Shown here: positions 63,823 to 64,000 of the stretch, one piece after another
How positions within the stretch are numbered: the first letter of the stretch is position 1
How the letters are laid out: each line of letters begins with the position of its first letter
Source: an uncultured Bacteriovoracaceae bacterium
Lineage (GTDB): Bacteria > Bdellovibrionota > Bacteriovoracia > Bacteriovoracales > Bacteriovoracaceae
Direction: 5' to 3'
Length of the DNA stretch: 64,000 nt
Assembly (NCBI GenBank): GCA_950070535.1
Contig: CATMLK010000020.1
Location: 461 to 64,460 of the forward strand
Translations under genes and position numbers: made by a program
The notes under the pieces: model-generated
Database searches by the model: none
Seen by the model: only the letters and a program-made list of their open reading frames with translations
Told to the model about the DNA's origin: nothing

Positions 63823-64000
63823 AGCAAACTGGCAAGATTCGTTCAGAACGGCCTTCAGAAGATCCAAAGATCTATATGAGTTTCTAGATATTAAAGAGCA
63901 GTTTAACGACTCTGCCTACCCTGTATTTGTGCCAGCAAGGCTCGCAAAAAATATACAGAAATCTGGAAAAGACTCTGCCCTATGGAGACAGTTTGTTCCA
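63815..64000 (+). CDS. KamA-family radical SAM protein (EpmB / lysine 2,3-aminomutase-like), 5' end only
   Basis: MLEANWQDSFRTAFRRSKDLYEFL...YPVFVPARLAKNIQKSGKDSALWRQFVP resembles the EpmB/KamA N-terminal region. Runs off the window. Confidence 0.6.
   Translation, partial: MLEANWQDSFRTAFRRSKDLYEFLDIKEQFNDSAYPVFVPARLAKNIQKSGKDSALWRQFVP

Noticed and set aside
1-64000. Mobile elements, prophage, CRISPR-Cas, toxin-antitoxin or known defence-system genes
   Set aside because: I recognised no integrase, transposase, reverse transcriptase, Cas or restriction-modification motifs and no terminal inverted repeats. The small ORF pair 27769-28589 has no recognisable toxin or antitoxin fold by eye.

Overview
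AT-rich Gram-negative chromosomal window, densely coded, with about 64 CDS. I found no rRNA, tRNA, CRISPR array, integrase or transposase. All functional calls come from motif recognition and gene order by eye; no BLAST, HMM or fold search was run, and the findings say where one would be decisive. The gene content (T2SS, many exported proteins of unknown function, TIGR02147-like HTH protein, monomeric IDH, type-2 IleRS) is reminiscent of Bdellovibrionota/Bacteriovoracales-type predators, but that taxonomy is unverified inference.

Layout:
- 1-7213 (+): distal half of a type II secretion operon. It runs from the gspF 3' end through gspG-H-I-J-K, a PilM/GspL-like gene, then gspM-like and gspN-like genes. 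ispA is translationally coupled to its end.
- 8153-11226: GatB/YqeY gene, then on the minus strand the merR-ihfA pair and rplT-rpmI-infC. infC has an AUU start.
- 11353-18603 (-): small unknown ORF, PlsB-type acyltransferase, CBS-less IMPDH/GMP-reductase, then an operon of Na/Pi-PhoU transporter, gshA and a membrane protein.
- 18790-25136 (+): tightly coupled tetrapyrrole operon hemA, hemC-hemD fusion, hemL, histidine kinase, response regulator, hemE.
- 25341-32658: poorly characterised block. It holds a pseudo-receiver wHTH protein, an orphan CpaF-type ATPase coupled to an HDOD-like ORF, two small ORFs, a secreted protein with a TIGR02147-like HTH protein, and a 575-aa unknown.
- 32729-38584: HAD hydrolase, then a TatT-associated TRAP transporter followed by a Cys/Lys-rich secreted protein.
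- 38910-48953: small basic protein, FecR-like/maf/coiled-coil operon, type-2 ileS, rpsU, rarA, tsaC.
- 49058-56380 (-): four exported or coiled-coil proteins, including a DUF285/BspA-type repeat protein and a 1081-aa protein with an SLT-like C-terminus.
- 56448-64000: monomeric icd, serine protease, lpdA-E2 without E1, a DnaQ-exonuclease/WYL-like fusion, a small membrane ORF and the 5' end of an epmB/kamA-like gene.

No clearly new multi-gene system can be demonstrated from sequence alone. The best candidates for follow-up are the orphan CpaF/HDOD-like/pseudo-receiver block, the two-component system embedded in the heme operon, the exported-protein cluster with the SLT-like giant protein, the exonuclease-WYL fusion, and the low-complexity tails on the T2SS tip pseudopilins.
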